In this document: piece after piece, positions 11,112 through 25,204 of the stretch
Position numbering within the stretch: position 1 is the first letter of the stretch
Layout: each line of letters opens with the position of its first letter
Assembly (NCBI GenBank): GCA_010093815.1
Contig: ML996565.1
Length of the DNA: 64,000 bases
Source: Pseudovirgaria hyperparasitica
Taxonomy: Eukaryota
Reading direction: 5' to 3' (one strand)
Made by a program: the position numbers and the translations under genes
Notes under the pieces: model-generated
The model's database searches: none
Told to the model about the DNA's origin: nothing
Seen by the model: only the letters and a program-made list of their open reading frames with translations

Positions 11112-14100
11112 ATAATAATAATAATAATAATATTATATAACTAGGTAGAGTAGTACTCTATAGGCCTATGCCTCCTCTAGTCTAAGCTACTATATAAGAA
11201 GAAACCTAAGAGGGGAAAACTTCCTTATATCGATAATTACATCTCGTTAAACCTTTATTTCTTCTTAAGTATATAGCTATAGGGTACACCTATTAGCCTA
11301 TAGCCTATATTACCGTTATTTTACCCTTAGGTAGTACGTATAGGTACGGAGGTTATTAGTTAAGGGGTTCTTCCGGCATATACCGGGTTTCCTCTAATAT
11401 ATACCGGGTTTCTTCCGGCATATATTTCCGGGTCTACTAGAATTAGAGGAGTAGTAGGTGTGTAATTATCTACCGGGCGACGTTCTTAGAGTACTTATTA
11501 AGCTATCGTATAATATCGGAGGTTCTTATCGTATAGATAAGCTTCTACCTTTACGTGTAAAGATCGGGGTATATTACGAGATAGTAGCGTATTATACCTC
11601 TCCGGCTATACGTCTTATACTATAGAGACACGTCGGGGACGTCTCTCTTATAGAGGTAGTATAGAAGTTCTATAGCGCCCGTTCGGGCTTAGAGGAGTAT
11701 AGATGCCTAGGCCTTTATAAGCCCTTTATATATCTATTTACTTAGCTCCTTCCATAGTCCTTAGATCTACTCTAGGTATCTATTCTACTAGAAGGCCTAC
11801 TAGGCCCGGAGTGTCTCTTTCTACTTATCTTAGATCCACGACTATATACTTCGTCCGAGCTCTCGAAGGCTCTATTAGTCTAGAAGGGTATCTAGGTTAT
11901 TCTTAATCTCTTATACTACTTAGTTTAAGTCTATTTCTATCGGGCACTTATACCGTAGTTAAGTCTAGCCTATATATAAGAGTACTTAGTAGTATATACT
12001 AACTCGCGCGCGTAGCGCGGCGAAGGTATATTCTACATTTTCTACACGTTCCTATGCTTATTATTTAGTAAAGTATACCACCCTCTATATCTAGTAGAAG
12101 TTATATATACTTATAACGTCTGTCTCGCGTCGTAGTAGTACCGTGTTAGTAGCTTTATATACGCCTAATATAAGACGGAGTATATGGTTCTATATAGATT
12201 CGAGCTTCATTCGCCTAGTCTATATAAGGGCTATATACTAGCACTCGTGTCCGTACGTGAAGGCGGGTCGTACTATAGATATATATAGCTAGCGTGCCTT
12301 ATCCCGGGCGGTTCCCCACGTAGAGGCCGTAATCTAGTATATAGCGGCTTCTACCTAGAGGGCCCTAGAAACGGCGTATACTATCTATAGTCCCTATTTA
12401 AGCTTATTATCGATTATAATACTAAGTGCGTGTATACTTTGTATCGGCGGTTCGTCGAAGGCGTCTATTCTAGGGCGTCGCTCGCCTTCCCTAGTAGCCC
12501 ATTTCCCATAGCGGTTAATAAAGTATATAAGTTAGTACTTTTCGGGGGCGAACTTTACTCCGTGGCGCTTTGCCTATTAGATATATCTCCCGTAGTCTTA
12601 TTCGAGTCGTCTATATATTTAGCTAGTATTATTATTAATAGCTAGAAGGTATATATCGTCTACGTATTCTACTACCTCTATATATTATATTTTCTAGAGA
12701 AGGTCTATAGTAAAGAAGAGGAAGAGGATTAGGGAGATAGTACTTCCTTATAGAATGTCGTAAGCCGTCTTCTTATACTTACTTCGATATTCGGGGATAT
12801 ATATCTAGGTAACTCTTTTAGCGAGGAAGGACTATATAAACCGCGTAATCCACGTGGGTATACGCCTCTTCCATAAGTTATAGATAAGTCTCGTATAGTT
12901 TACTTTATCGAATACGCCGGCCATGTTAAGGGAGAGTAGCGTTACTATACGTCCCTACTTCTATACGGTCTAGATAACTTTAAGGATATATTAGATAGTA
13001 GTAATTAGGGAGCTTCTAGCCTTCGCCTTCTGGTTTACTAGAAGGAGGTTATATTTCTATACTACGGCGCTTATCTTCTTCGCGATCGTGGCCTCTAGTA
13101 TCTTCCTAAGATAGAAGAGAAGGGCGATTAGCCTCTATCCTTTCGGGGAGCTAGGGTTCTTCCCTAGTTTTAGGAGTATAATGGTATAGACGGCCTAGAA
13201 GCTTTAGGGGTAGTATCCGTTCTTAATATATACTTAAAATATATAACTAATAAGCGGTAGGGTAGCTGGTATAGTACGTTTAAGGCATCTATTTAGTATT
13301 CTATCCGGTCCGGGTGCCTTATTATTCGGGAGTACTTTAACGGCGTTAAGTATATTCTCCTTAGTAACCTCTTAGGGGATATTAATTACGTCTAGATATT
13401 TAGTATTATTAATATCTAATAGGTCTACTAGCTCCGGGAGGGGAAACATAACTTTATATAAGATCTCCGTCTTCTCCGGGCTTATAGAGTATATCCTCTC
13501 TTAGTATATTAGGGGAGGCATTAGTAGCGGCGGTGTCGGCGCGTCTATACCCTTGGCCCACTTTACTATATACCATAGCCCTATGGCTTACCATGTGTAT
13601 TTATTAGTAATTATATACTATTATTTTCGTTATTTATTACGGAGGGCCCTATTACGATATTATACTACTTCCTTCTACTCTTCCTACGCCTTGGTCGTCC
13701 GGATATAGTATATACATATATATAGTCTACAGGCGTCTCTTCTATACTCTCGCATTTAAGGTATACCCCTCGCTTCTAGGGGTCTATACGTTTAGTATAG
13801 TACGTGTTTATCTCTCGTAGCTTAATATACTTAAAGGAGGACTTGCACGGCCTTATCTATGGCTAGGCCGTTAGATACGTCGACTATAGAGGGGTCTAGA
13901 ATCGCCGATTCTAGGTCCTCTAGGTATTTATCCTAATTAGTATCCTTCTATAGCTATTTCCTATATTATTCGTTAAGAGTGGAGACGTCTATTACGGTTT
14001 CTATATATTCGTGGTTAGAGTCCGTCTATATCCGGCTCGGGCGGTAGTACTATACTCTATGGCTAATGTACTTAGTGGCGAGGGTAAGGTCGAGCGTAGA

Positions 14101-16392
14101 CCCGTCCTCATCCTATTTATGTTTCCTCTAGGTAATCTACCCTACGGGTATAAGGAGGTATAGGAAGTCATGGCACCGTGTATATAGTTCCCTTACTCTA
14201 AGTTCTTCTCTCGCGATAGCTAGGCCTCCCCACCATCTATAGTAGAGATTAAAGTCGCCTAGGAGGATATATTATCCCGGCGTCGTGGTGCCCTCGAGTA
14301 TATTATCTAGCGTAAGCGATCGCTATTAATTATAGATATTATAGATATAGAGAGGCCCTATACTTATCTAGAGATATAGTATTATCCGGAGGTTATTACG
14401 TTTAGTATAAGACTATTCTAAGAGCGGGATCGACTTATATATATAAAACATAACTCTCCTATCCGGGCCCGTAGGGTGGATGGTATAGTATCCTAGGTAT
14501 ATTATTGGCTTGTTGGTTTGGTAGTATTTATATGGTTCCTAGATAGCTATTATTATAGCTCCTATCTCTTCTAGGAGCGTCGCTTAGTTTTCTCGTTTAT
14601 ATTATACGTTCGCCTATATAATAATAAGTATATCTTATACCCTTATTAGGTACTAGGGAAAGTTCGAGTCTATATATTAGTAGCGCTAAGGCGTGATTAT
14701 CCTCGCGCGGTAGCGGCTTTAAGTATACCCCGGGGTCGGCCTATCTTTCTCTATATAGTATACTATTACGCGTTATCCTCTCCCCTTCGGGGGGTAGTTA
14801 CCGGATTTATAAGTAAAGTTAGGGATAGCGGCGAGGGCAGCGAGGGCCTTATAGCTTAGTATATCTACCTCGCCCCTCTTATCTTTATCGCGTTAATATA
14901 TTCTACGACCTACTTACATTTCGTATATATTACTAACTAGAATAGATGTTTCCCGTCGTAGTTAGAGTACTTAGCGGTATCCCTATCTCGCGTCTTATCG
15001 CTCTACGTCTTATAAGGGCATTCCTTAGTATTATAGCCCTATTTATACTACCTATAGGCGGTCTTCTAAGAGTACCTCTACCTAGTATACCTATATCCTT
15101 AATAGTTAAAGTATTACGTTATTATCTATACCCTATCCTATAGTTCCGCTATAAGTAGCTCTCCTTCGACTAGGAAGCCCTTCTATATTATTCTATAGAC
15201 GAGAGCGGGGTCCCTAAGCTCTACTATTATAGTAGAGTGCTTTTTTAATTTTATCTTAATCCCTTAGACGTTCTTCTACCACGCCTTCGTGATCTTAATC
15301 CCGGGGTACTTTAGTTTATTAGATCGCTCTATTCGCTCGATATTATCTTCTCTAATAACGTGTCCTTGGACAGGGATAGTATATACCTATATTAGGTACG
15401 TGGTTACGCGGACGGACGCGCTAGGGAAGATATTATTAATCGCGTTTAGGTCGCGCGAGATAGTCTACTAGGCCGTGTTAGTAGTAGTAGTTAGTACTAT
15501 ACCTCCTAGGGTGAGTTTAGCGGCTACTATATTTAACTATATCCCTTTCTATTCGTTAATCTTATTTATAATATCCTTTAGGGACGCTTACTAGACTTAT
15601 ATAAGTACTTCTTTATCCTAGATAGTAACTCGTATACTATATACCCCGTCTATAGGTGCCCTTGGTATTTTAGCTAATATGGCTATTCCGCTTATAGGTG
15701 CGGCGACCTATGCCCACGTACTAGGGCGTTTTCCCTAGGTAAGGCCCTCCTAGATCCTCTATAGGCTAGCCTCTATACGATCTAGTCTAGATTCCGGGTC
15801 TAGTTCCGGCGCCTATTTTACTCCTATAGTAAGCTCTCTAATATTCTAGACGAGGTTCCGGAAGATACTAAGGAGGGCCGTTTCTCCCTTCTTAACTTCC
15901 CCCTCTACACGTGCTACCTAGTAGTTAATCTTATCTAGGAGGGTCTCCCCGGGCAGGGTCCCCTCTATCTCCATTATCTATAGCGTTATACGCCCTTAGT
16001 TATTCGTCGTTTATTAGACGGGGGTTTAATCGTCCTAGGATATGCCGCTATATAGCCGTTTCTACCGTACTAGTATTAGGGGTATACCTAGTAGAAGCCG
16101 AGGTACGTCGGTACCTAAGGCCGCTATAATTATTAGTAAAGGGCTACCCGTAACTAATAAAAAGGGGGTTAGCATATTAGCGTTTATTAGAGATAGTCTA
16201 TACTTATATCATCGAAGAGCCTTTAAGCGTATATATATAGTATCTCTATACGTTAGTATTATCGCGTATTATACGCTACACGTACGTACGTATATTAGAG
16301 GTTGTTATACTCGGTATACTCTATCATTTAATATATGTAGATCGCTATATTGCCCCGAATTAACTAGTTTAGTCCGTTAGAGTATAAGAAGT
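11112..16392 (-). mobile_element. LINE copy A (Tad1-like non-LTR retrotransposon), full length, RIP-inactivated
   Basis: (TAA)n tail at 11112-11130; TSD ATAGATTTATATA at 11099-11111 and 16394-16406, with the empty site visible at ~7435-7450. Relics of ORF1 CCHC knuckles, AP endonuclease (LGDFNL, SDH) and RT (KAPGPD, Y(A)DD). Confidence 0.93.
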
Positions 16393-17796
16393 TATAGATT
16401 TATATAGATTTACTATAATTTAGTATAATTTATATAATTTACTAATTTTTATACTATATTTAGCTAGTAATAATAATAATCTATAATAATCTATATAAAT
16501 TAGTAATAATTATAATATAGTTTTCTAAAATCTTAATACTTAGAAGTAATTAGTATAGAAATAAGTACCTTTAAATAATCCTTATCTAGTATACATTATT
16601 AATATATTAAAAGCTATTAATCTACTCTAACCTAGGCTAGACTCTAATAATCTAGCTATATATTATTATAGTTATTACTTTCTATTATATACTACTTATA
16701 GTAGTACTAAATCTATAATATATAGTACTTATATAACTAAGAAGTATTATTATTTATAGGTATTTAAATAAGTTTAAAGAACTTTATATAGATTTACTTA
16801 TATTAGTATAGATTACTACTAGGTCTCTAGTAATCTCTACTAATATAGAGTATAGTACTACTAATTATAATACCTTAGAGAAGGCTTTCTATAAGCTATA
16901 TATCTAAGATAAGAGTTATATCTAGAAGTATAATTCTAATATAATCTATAAGGATTTATTAGAATCTACTATAGCTATTATTACTATAATTACTAGATAA
17001 TATTATTTTTCTTAAATTATTATAGATTCTTACTAATATATATTAATCTCTATAATAGTACTAAAATCTCTACTACTTTAGACTTCTTTCTATATACTAG
17101 AAATATTAAAATTTCTAGAAAAAATTCTAGAAAAAAGACTAAGGTTCCCTTCTTATATATACTAAAGAGCTATAAATTTAGAGAAGATAGCTCTAATCTA
17201 GAAGTTTCTATACTAAAGGTATATAGTTCTATACTAATTATTAAATCTTTTTACTAATTTATATAATTCTTAGCGTGCCCACGCTAGTCCGTCTCTCTCT
17301 ACCCCGATTTCTACTACTCTATAGGTTTCTATAGAGGAGTTTATAGCTATAAGGCGCGCTATATAGAGTTTATAGCGTTAGAATAAAAGGCTAGAGACTT
17401 ATATTATAAAGCTCTATACTATACTAAATAAGAACTAGTAGAAGGAATTAGATATAATTATTATAGTAATTAGTACTTCTACTTTTACTCTAACTTAATT
17501 AGTTTAGATCTATACTAATTAGTACTAATATATTTCTTTTATCTAGTATTTTTAGTTTTTAGTTTTAATTTTAAAGTAATCTTACTTCTTCTAGATAGAT
17601 TAGTATAAGTTTATATAGATCTATATAGATCTTTATATTTTCTTTTAGCTTTCTTAATTTTATCTTTCTTTAATAATAACTTCTTTAATCTCTTTAGTAA
17701 TCTATACTAATCTATACTAATTAGTACCGATTTTTAATATCTATTTCTCTTAGTAAATTATTTTTCTTAAGTCTCTTTTTTAGTTAAATTTTTTAA

Positions 17797-17854
17797 AGTT
17801 CTAAGTTTAAACTTTCTAAGGGAGTTCTAAGTTTAAACTTTCTAAGGGAGTTCT
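17797..17854. repeat. 26-bp tandem duplication within the E2 3' region
   Basis: AGTTCTAAGTTTAAACTTTCTAAGGG x2 plus a partial third copy. Confidence 0.8.
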
Positions 17855-17983
17855 CTTAATTCCTTAGAATATTTTAAAGATCTAGATTTCTTTTACCTTC
17901 TTTCTTTTAGACGGCTATCCTTAGCGCTAAACTATACTAAAAAACGTTAAATTACTATATTTTAGTATAATTCTCTATAATAA

Positions 17984-20900
17984 TATAAGAAACCTTCCTT
18001 AATAAGGGTGCGGCTTATCTCTAAAGTAGTCCGTTCCATAGAGTATCCCGGCTTTTCTAAAGGTAAAAGTACTTAGAAGGCTCCGAGAGGTATAAGTAGG
18101 TTTATAGTAAGTATTAATAGAGTATAAATAGTAACTAGCTAGTAGACGAGTAAAGTAGTAATTATATTAGTATAAGTTTAAATTAATTACTATAGAACTA
18201 TCTCTAGAGGTTAGGTCTAAAGAGTCTATATAGTTCTACTAAGGTCCTCTAATTAGAATACTTATTCTAAGTATTTAGTATATTACTTAGAATACTAATA
18301 TTCTATTTCTAATTACTAGGTAGGTTACTTAGAATATCTATTCTAAGTACCTATAATTAGTTCTTCCTATAGGTATCTATCTCGGTCCTAGGTTATTATC
18401 TAAGGCTACCTATTATATTATAGATATCTCTTCTATATACTATACTATCTCTTACGCTACTCGTGCTAGAGTCTATATATTCTTCTATAGCTCTAGCTAG
18501 TAATTTATTATATAATGCCCCTTCTAAGGTACTTTGTCCTAAAGTACTTCCGTAGCTACTTATAAGTAGAGGGTTATTCTAACTTCCTTTAGTAAGGAGC
18601 CCTTCTTCCTTTTCTTTCGTTATACCTAGAGTTATAAAATTAGTTAAGCCTTCTAAGTCTAATCCGGCGAAATAGAGAGTTACTTTATCTATCTTAATTA
18701 ATTATAAGGGTAATAAGATACCTTTCCCTTACTCATTTTATAAGAAACACAGCCTAATCTATAGGGCGGTATTCATAAAGTCCAATAAGTATTTAGAGTA
18801 TATTTATTAAGATTATATTGTAAGTAAGTATAGAATTAAGGCTTTAAGTAAATTATCTTATAAGTTTTCTTTCTTTTCATTAGAGCTAGTAAGTAATATC
18901 TCTAGATAAGAAGATTTATACTAAAAAGACTTATCTTAAGCTAGAGAAAGAATATACAGCCGCTACTTAGCAAAAAGCTTAGTAGAACGCTTAGACCGCC
19001 TTTACGCGTCTAGAGCGTTTAGAGAAATAGTAGAAGCTATTAGAGTATTATTAAAATAATATACTTTATTAGAATCTATTAGTAATAGATCTTAAGAAGA
19101 AGAAGAAGTAACTCGAATAATAATAGAGAGTTACTATCAAGGAGGTTCTGAATCCTCCCTTAGATTTTAATAATTCTTAGCTTAGTATAGAGGACTAGGC
19201 GAGTCTAGGTTTATTTAATAGAACTTCTATAATAGTTACTAGTAGTTCGTTAAATATTCCCTAGGTTTCTAAGTATTTAATTTATATCTATAGCTCTTCT
19301 ACTTAATTAGGTATTCTAATATTTTATCGCTAATTCTAGATTCTAGAATCTTTTTAACTTCGAATTCTTTATCTATAGCTTTAATATTAGTTTCGACTTT
19401 TATATTACGTAGTACTAGTTCTAGTAATAAGATATAAAATACTAGGTATATTCTTATATTCTAAGGTAAAGATAGTTTATAATTAACTTCTAAAATTTTT
19501 TATTTTACTTAGAAAGGTCTAATCTTCTTAAAGTCTAGTTTACTACTTAGTTATTATATCTTAATGTTTTTCTATATAAGGAATACTAGGTCTCCCCCCC
19601 TTAGAGATAGTCTCTTTATTCTCTTTTAATTTATATATTTTATTATTCTTTTATTTATAAAAGAAAGTTTAGTCTATAGCTCCGAGTATAGCTTATATAG
19701 CTATTCTACCTTAATCTTTACTTTCGGTATAGACTATTCTAGTTTATAATTATAGCTAGCTATAGGGTTAAATCCGTAGTTCGCATAGAACGGTAAGGTT
19801 TTAGTTATTAAGGTTATCGCGCTATTATAGACGAATTAAGCTAGTAGTAGTAGTTCTACCTAATTATCTTATTATTCGTTAATATAGTATTAGAGATATT
19901 ATTCTAGTATTCTATTTAGAATCTCTATTTATCTATCTATCTATAGATAGTAGACTATTAATAGTTAGTAGTTTATTCTAAGCTATTATACTAGGCTTTT
20001 CTAAAAGTTTAATATAAAGAGCTTATCTCTATTAGATATAATACTATTAGATAAACTATGGTTTACTATAACTACTTATAGAAATATATAGGCTATTTCT
20101 TCTATATCTATATCCTTTTAATAGGGTATAAAGTAGGCGTACTTTATAAGCTTATTAACTACTACTAGTATAGTATTATACTATACTCGCAAAACTAGTT
20201 CTCTTAAGAGTAGTAGATCTATTATAAAGTCTATAGAGATTATTTTCTAAGCACGTAATAGTAGGGGAATTAGTTAAAGTTCTCCGTATAGTTTATATCT
20301 ATTAGATTAGCTTTTACTATATAGAATATAGTTCTATATAACTTTCTTAATTACTTATCTTTTCTTATAAGTTATATAGTATCTCTTAAATCTTCTATAA
20401 GTTTTTATTTCTCTTTAATATCTATATATTAGATCTTCGTGGAATTTTTTAATAAAATAGTAGATCTCGTCCCTTAGGATTATACTTCTTTCCTTAGGGT
20501 CCTTAAGTATAAATTCTTTCCGTATTACTATAATATATTATATTAGTTTAAGGTTTCCTTCTTTAGTAATCTCTAATATAGTCTATTCTATAGTAGGTTC
20601 TTTTCGCTTATATTCCGCCTATTAGCTAAGGGTATTAGCTCTTCCGTTTTCGGATCCTTTATAGTATATAATTTAGATATTAAACTCTATAAGAAGCTCA
20701 TACTAACTAATTTATTTCTTTTAGAGTTCCTTTATTATAGTAAAGATAGTTAGGTTTTTATAGTTAGTATATACCTTTACTATATGGCCTAATCTATAGA
20801 GATAGATTCTCTATTTCTTAAGATACTTAATTATAGTATAGAGTTCTTTTTCGTAGATTAGCTAATTTATTTCTAATTCTTAGAATTTTTAGAAGTAGAA

Positions 20901-23900
20901 TACTATAGAATATCTTTTCTCTTATTTATCTATCTAGGTTAACTACCCTCTAATAGCGAATTCTAATACGTCTATCTTAACTTTATAGAGTTTTTCTATT
21001 TAATATATCTTTAATATAGGTTTAGTTATAATAGACTCTTTTAATTATTAAAATACTTATTCTTACTTTAGTTCCTATTTAAATATTATATTTTTCTTTA
21101 TAAGCTTATATAGTAGGGCCGTTTTTATAGAATAGTTATATATAAATTTTCTATAAAAGTTCGTGAATCTAGTGAATCCTTAGATTTCCTTAACTATCTT
21201 AGATTATTTCTAATTTTTAATAGCCTTAATCTTCTTTAGGTCTATTTATATTTCTCTAGGTATAATTTTAAATTCTAAAAATATAACTTTCTATATATAG
21301 AAGATACTCTTCTTTAATTCTACTAGTAGGTTCGCTATTTATAATTTCTAAAGTATCTTATATACGTAGTCTCTATACTCTAATAGATTTCTTAAATAAA
21401 TTAATATATTATCTAGATATACTATTATAAAGTAGTTAAGGTATTCCCTTAGTACGTCGTTAATTAGTACTTAGAATATAGCTAGTATATTAGTTAGTCT
21501 AAATAGTATTACTAGATATTTATAGTAACTATATTAAGTCCGAAAAGCTATTTTCTATTTATCTTCTTCTACTATATATATAAGGTTATAGACTTCTTAT
21601 AAGTCTATTATAGTAAAGTACTAAGCTTCTATAAGTTAGTTCTATAATTTATTAATTTAGAGTAGAGGGTATCTATTTTTAATAGTAATATTATTTAAGT
21701 ATTAATAGTCTATATAGGGTCGTTTACTCCTGTCCTTCTTTAGTATAAAGAGTATTAGATATTCTATAGGTAATTTAGAGAATCGGATATATCCCTTTAC
21801 TTCTATTTTCTTAATATATTATCGCGTTATCTCTAGTTATTTTTTAGTAAGTTAGTATATACTTTTAAATATAGATACTATTCCTAGTTAGAGTATTATT
21901 ATATAATTATACGGGCTATACTTTAGTAGTTCTATCTTAAGTTCTTCTTTAAAGATAATATAGTATTAGTAGTATTTCTTCGGTATAAGTACGTCGTTTA
22001 TTTTTTAAATCTATTTATCTATAGACGTGCTTTATTATACTATATATTTCTTACGTAAGGGTCCGCTCTTTATATTACCTTATTTATTATTAAGCTTCTA
22101 AATATAGTAGATAGACTTTCTAGTCGTTAGCGCCTTCACGGGTTTATTAATCTCTACTTCTTCTTTAATAGTTTCTAAGGGTCTTAATATTCCCTAGGGT
22201 ATAATTTCTTTAGTTTTCTAGTTAATCGTAGGGTTAACTTCTTTAAGCTATAGTATTCCTAGAATTAAGTCGTATTATTCTAGCTCCGCTATATCTAGTT
22301 ATAATTATTAGTATTCTACTATTAAGACTAAATCTAGAGGTTCTATTTCTAAGTATACTATTCTATTAGTATATTCTATATTAAGTCCTTTAAATATAGA
22401 TAGCTTATATAGTTCTTCTTTACTATTATAGGGTATTTTTAGTTTATCTACTATGGTTAGAGAGATAAAATTAGACTATACTCTACTATTAATTAGTACT
22501 TTAATAGAGTATTTTTAATAGAGCTAAATTTTAAGAGATATTTATATTTCGTTATCTAAGCTACTAATAGATATAAGAGATTTTCTTTTTAGCTTAGCTA
22601 TTTCTCTTAGAGCGTCTAGCCTTTCTAGTTTTGTCGTAGTTTACTAAGTTCTTATTTCGTTTCTTATATAAGTTAGATTATAGATTAAACTTATTTCCTA
22701 ATTTCGCCTAAGTCTACTTAAAGGTTATACTATATAATAGCCTTAGATATTAGATAAGTTCGGTACGTAACATCTAGGCATTAGGTATATTAATTCTCTA
22801 GGTAAATCTTATTTTCTACTTATTTTAATATAAAGTAGTTTTTATCGGCTTCCTTAGTAATTATTTCGTACTATTATATATCTTTATCCCTAAAGGCTTT
22901 TAGAATTACTTAATTTTAATACTATTATAGAAACTATTTCTAAGTTCGCTTCTTATAGAGGTAGCGAAGATAGTTATTATAGATATAAGTAATCTAGAAG
23001 GTCTTACTATGTTCCTCATGGTAGGGTAAAATAAGTTAGTTATCTTCTAATTAGATTTCCGTGTCTCTTCTAGGTAGGTCTCTATTATTCTTATCTATAT
23101 ACTTTCTATAGTAATAGATAATATAGTAAGTAATAGGGTCTTATATTATTATTAACTTATTATATAGTTCTTCTATAGTAAGGGTTTCTTCCTTACTATT
23201 CTCTTCTATAGTACTTCCTTTAATTATTACTTCTTTAGATACCGTTTCTTTAGTTAGTTTAGATCTTCTTATTACTTCTAAGTATTTCTATAGTTCTACT
23301 TTTTTATAAAGTAATAGAGGTTATTTACTAGCTATTAAAATGTTTCTTTTCTTTAGATACTAATCTATACTATCTTTTTCTAACTTATATATAAAATAGA
23401 GGTTATTAGTATAACTAGTCTATAACATAGCTATATAAGGTACTTCTTCCTTTTCTACGGTAAAGTTCCCTTATCTTAGTACCGGGTCTTTAATCTAACT
23501 TTTCTTATTCTTATTTTTTAGGTATTCGCGTGTATAGTATCCCTTTTTCTTATAGTAGAGATACTTACCTTCCTTCTTTAGTTACTCCTTTTCTTTATTA
23601 GATAGTTATTTCATCTATAATATACTAAGTTCTATAGGTGCGGGTCCGTTATAGAATCCCTTATATAAGTAGTTTAGAGCTTTATTAATGTAGCCCTTCC
23701 TTATATCTTATTTAAGTATAGGTTAAAAGACTCTCTTCTCTCTTTTCTTATAGTATCTCTTATATAGTTAGTTATTAATCTAGACTATAAGCTTAATATA
23801 CTTCTAGAGGTTAGTAGAACGGTCTCTCTCTCTAGAGATTTCGTCCTTAACGTTATTATATAATCTAGTATAGAACTAGAGGATTAGGGGTTTATTATTT

Positions 23901-25021
23901 TATCCTAGTTAACTAGAGATTTATTAGAACTTTAAAGCGTAGTTAGACGTAGATTTTATTTAGACTATTTACTAGATCTATCTCTTAGCTATCCTTTACT
24001 TATCTATATCTCTAAAAGTTATTTTAATATATTCCTTAAATTCTTTAAAGCGTTTAAAGACCTTAGTAGTATTATTCTATTAATTCTACGGATCGTTTTC
24101 TATAAAGTCCCTTAAGTAGAGTTTAAACTATATAAGTATATCTCCCTTTAGTAGTCTAGTAGTAAATATAACTTATTCTTCTAGGTCCTAAATTTAATAG
24201 ACCTAGAGGTATATTCTAATCTATATTAGAAATCCTTAGAGTTTGCTTCGCTTACCTTTAAAAGGTTCTAGGATTTTTCTTTTAAAGCCCTCTTTAGCTT
24301 TTCTAAGTTTAATATTTTTCCTTTAGAGCTCTATAACTTACTCCTCTAATTTAGTAATAAGATATCTAACTTATTCTATAGTTAGTACTTATAGGGTGGT
24401 TTATAAAGATAAGGATTATCTATTATTTACTATTTTATATTTAAATAGATAGCGTGAATACTTGCTTTAGAGTCTAAGACGAGTAATTAAACTATAATAA
24501 ACCTTCCTTAATAAGGGTACGGCTTATCTCTAAAGTAGTCCGTTCTATAGAGTATCCCGACTTTTCTAAAGATAAAGATACTTAGAAGGCTCTAAGAGAT
24601 ATAAGTAGGTTTATAGTAAGTATTAATAGAGTATAAATAGTAACTAGCTAGTAGGCGAGTAAAGTAGTAATTATATTAGTATAAGTTTAAATTAATTACT
24701 ATAGAACTATCTCTAGAGATCGGGTCTAAAGAGTCTATATAGTTCTACTAAGGTCCTCTAATTAGAATACTTATTCTAAGTATTTAGTACGTTACTTAGA
24801 ATACTAATATTCTATTTCTAATTACTAGGTAGGTTACTTAGAATATCTATTCTAAGTACCTATAATTGGTTCTTCCTATAGGTATCTATCTTAGTCCTAG
24901 ATTATTATCTAAGGCTACCTATTATATTATAGGCACCTCTTCTACGTACTATACTATCTCTTACGCTACTCGTACTAGAGTCTACGTATTCTTCTATGGC
25001 TCTAGCTAGTAATTCATTATA
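17984..25021 (-). mobile_element. G3: full-length Ty3/Gypsy chromovirus (7.04 kb), RIP-inactivated
   Basis: ~529-bp LTRs at 17984-18512 and 24493-25021; TSD AATAA on both sides; PPT next to 18513; Gag knuckle ~23522-23566; RT IVYLD(D)ILIY ~21396-21425; chromodomain LEYLIKWK.Y...NTW(E)P ~19255-19320. Confidence 0.93.
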
Positions 25022-25204
25022 AATAATACGGCTTCCTTTACTAATTACTACTTATATACTAATATTACTACTTTACTAATATTTATTATAGGTTTCTAAG
25101 TATCTTTATTAGAATTATATTCTTTCTAATAAATTTTATATAGCTATATACTATCTTTAGTATATTATTAGCTAAGTATCTATTTAACTTTATAGATATC
25201 TATA

